Assembly (NCBI RefSeq): GCF_008831285.2
Contig: NC_045138.2
Span: forward strand, 4,898,001-4,962,000
Direction of reading: 5' to 3'
Length of the DNA stretch: 64,000 nt
Origin: Nymphaea colorata
Lineage: Eukaryota
Positions within the stretch are counted from its first letter, which is position 1. The number at the start of each line of letters is the position of its first letter. This document shows positions 63,401 to 64,000 of the stretch, in pieces. The translations under genes and the position numbers were made by a program. The notes below the pieces were generated by a model that worked only from the letters and a program-made list of their open reading frames with translations, was not told the origin of the DNA and did no database searches.

Positions 63401-64000
63401 AAAAGCAACTGACAATCTCTATTAGTTATTTATAAAAAAAAATAATATAAAAAGTTTAACATCCAGTACCCCACTATATTTCAAAATTTTTAAAAAGGTG
63501 CAGCCTTTTTTTCAAGAATTTACCTCAACAACCCAGTATTTTTTCGATCTTTAAAAAATATTGTTATACAAAAATGTCCACCAGAATCCCACAACCTTAA
63601 AAAAAAAATCAAAACATGTTTTGATTCCAGCTTTTACCTGTTCTTGCAAATCAAACATGGAAATAGACTTCCAAGAAACCAAAACACGTTTTACAAACAT
63701 GAATCAGATCTAGAATTAGGGATTATGCCTTTGATTTCACAATTCTAGAATCAACTGGAATTAACATTTCAGAATGCTGGTTCCTGAGGGAGCAAATGAT
63801 ACCATAATGAAATTTCCAGAGACAAGTTTCCAGTAGTTCCAAGTTTCTAAGCTATCAAACTATACCTTACATTTCTTAGTTTTATGAGCCTACGTCTTCT
63901 AATTTCCAATAAAAAGAACCACTTTTTTGCAATTTTTGTGAAACACACAACGCTTTTCATAGAAACTAGCTATCAATGGAACGCATAAATTAAACTTCCC

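Overview
AT-rich, repeat-dense plant (angiosperm-type) nuclear DNA with one 100-N scaffold gap at 10190-10289. The only intact host gene is an intronless AP2+B3 RAV/TEMPRANILLO-family repressor (34257-35165, minus). The left 29 kb is a stack of decayed transposons: an Ogre/Tat-family LTR inserted in a Ty1/copia RT, a LINE ORF2 remnant, and an Ogre-like Ty3/gypsy element (PMD-like ORF1, gag, protease, G-patch, putative intron, RT-RH-aRH-INT, 3' LTR) inserted into an older, internally deleted relative. A hAT transposase fragment and a LINE ORF1 remnant follow. The right 26 kb is non-coding DNA upstream of RAV that was duplicated twice, giving four related units; the right copy then gained a full-length chromovirus (LTRs, TSD, PBS, PPT) and several hAT MITEs whose empty sites remain in the left copy. 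The most novel signals are covarying candidate RNA structures in the Ogre-like family: seven tandem H-type pseudoknot-like repeats in the 3' UTR and a multicopy covarying long hairpin in the LTR. All alignments and pairings were done by eye; nothing was computed or searched.
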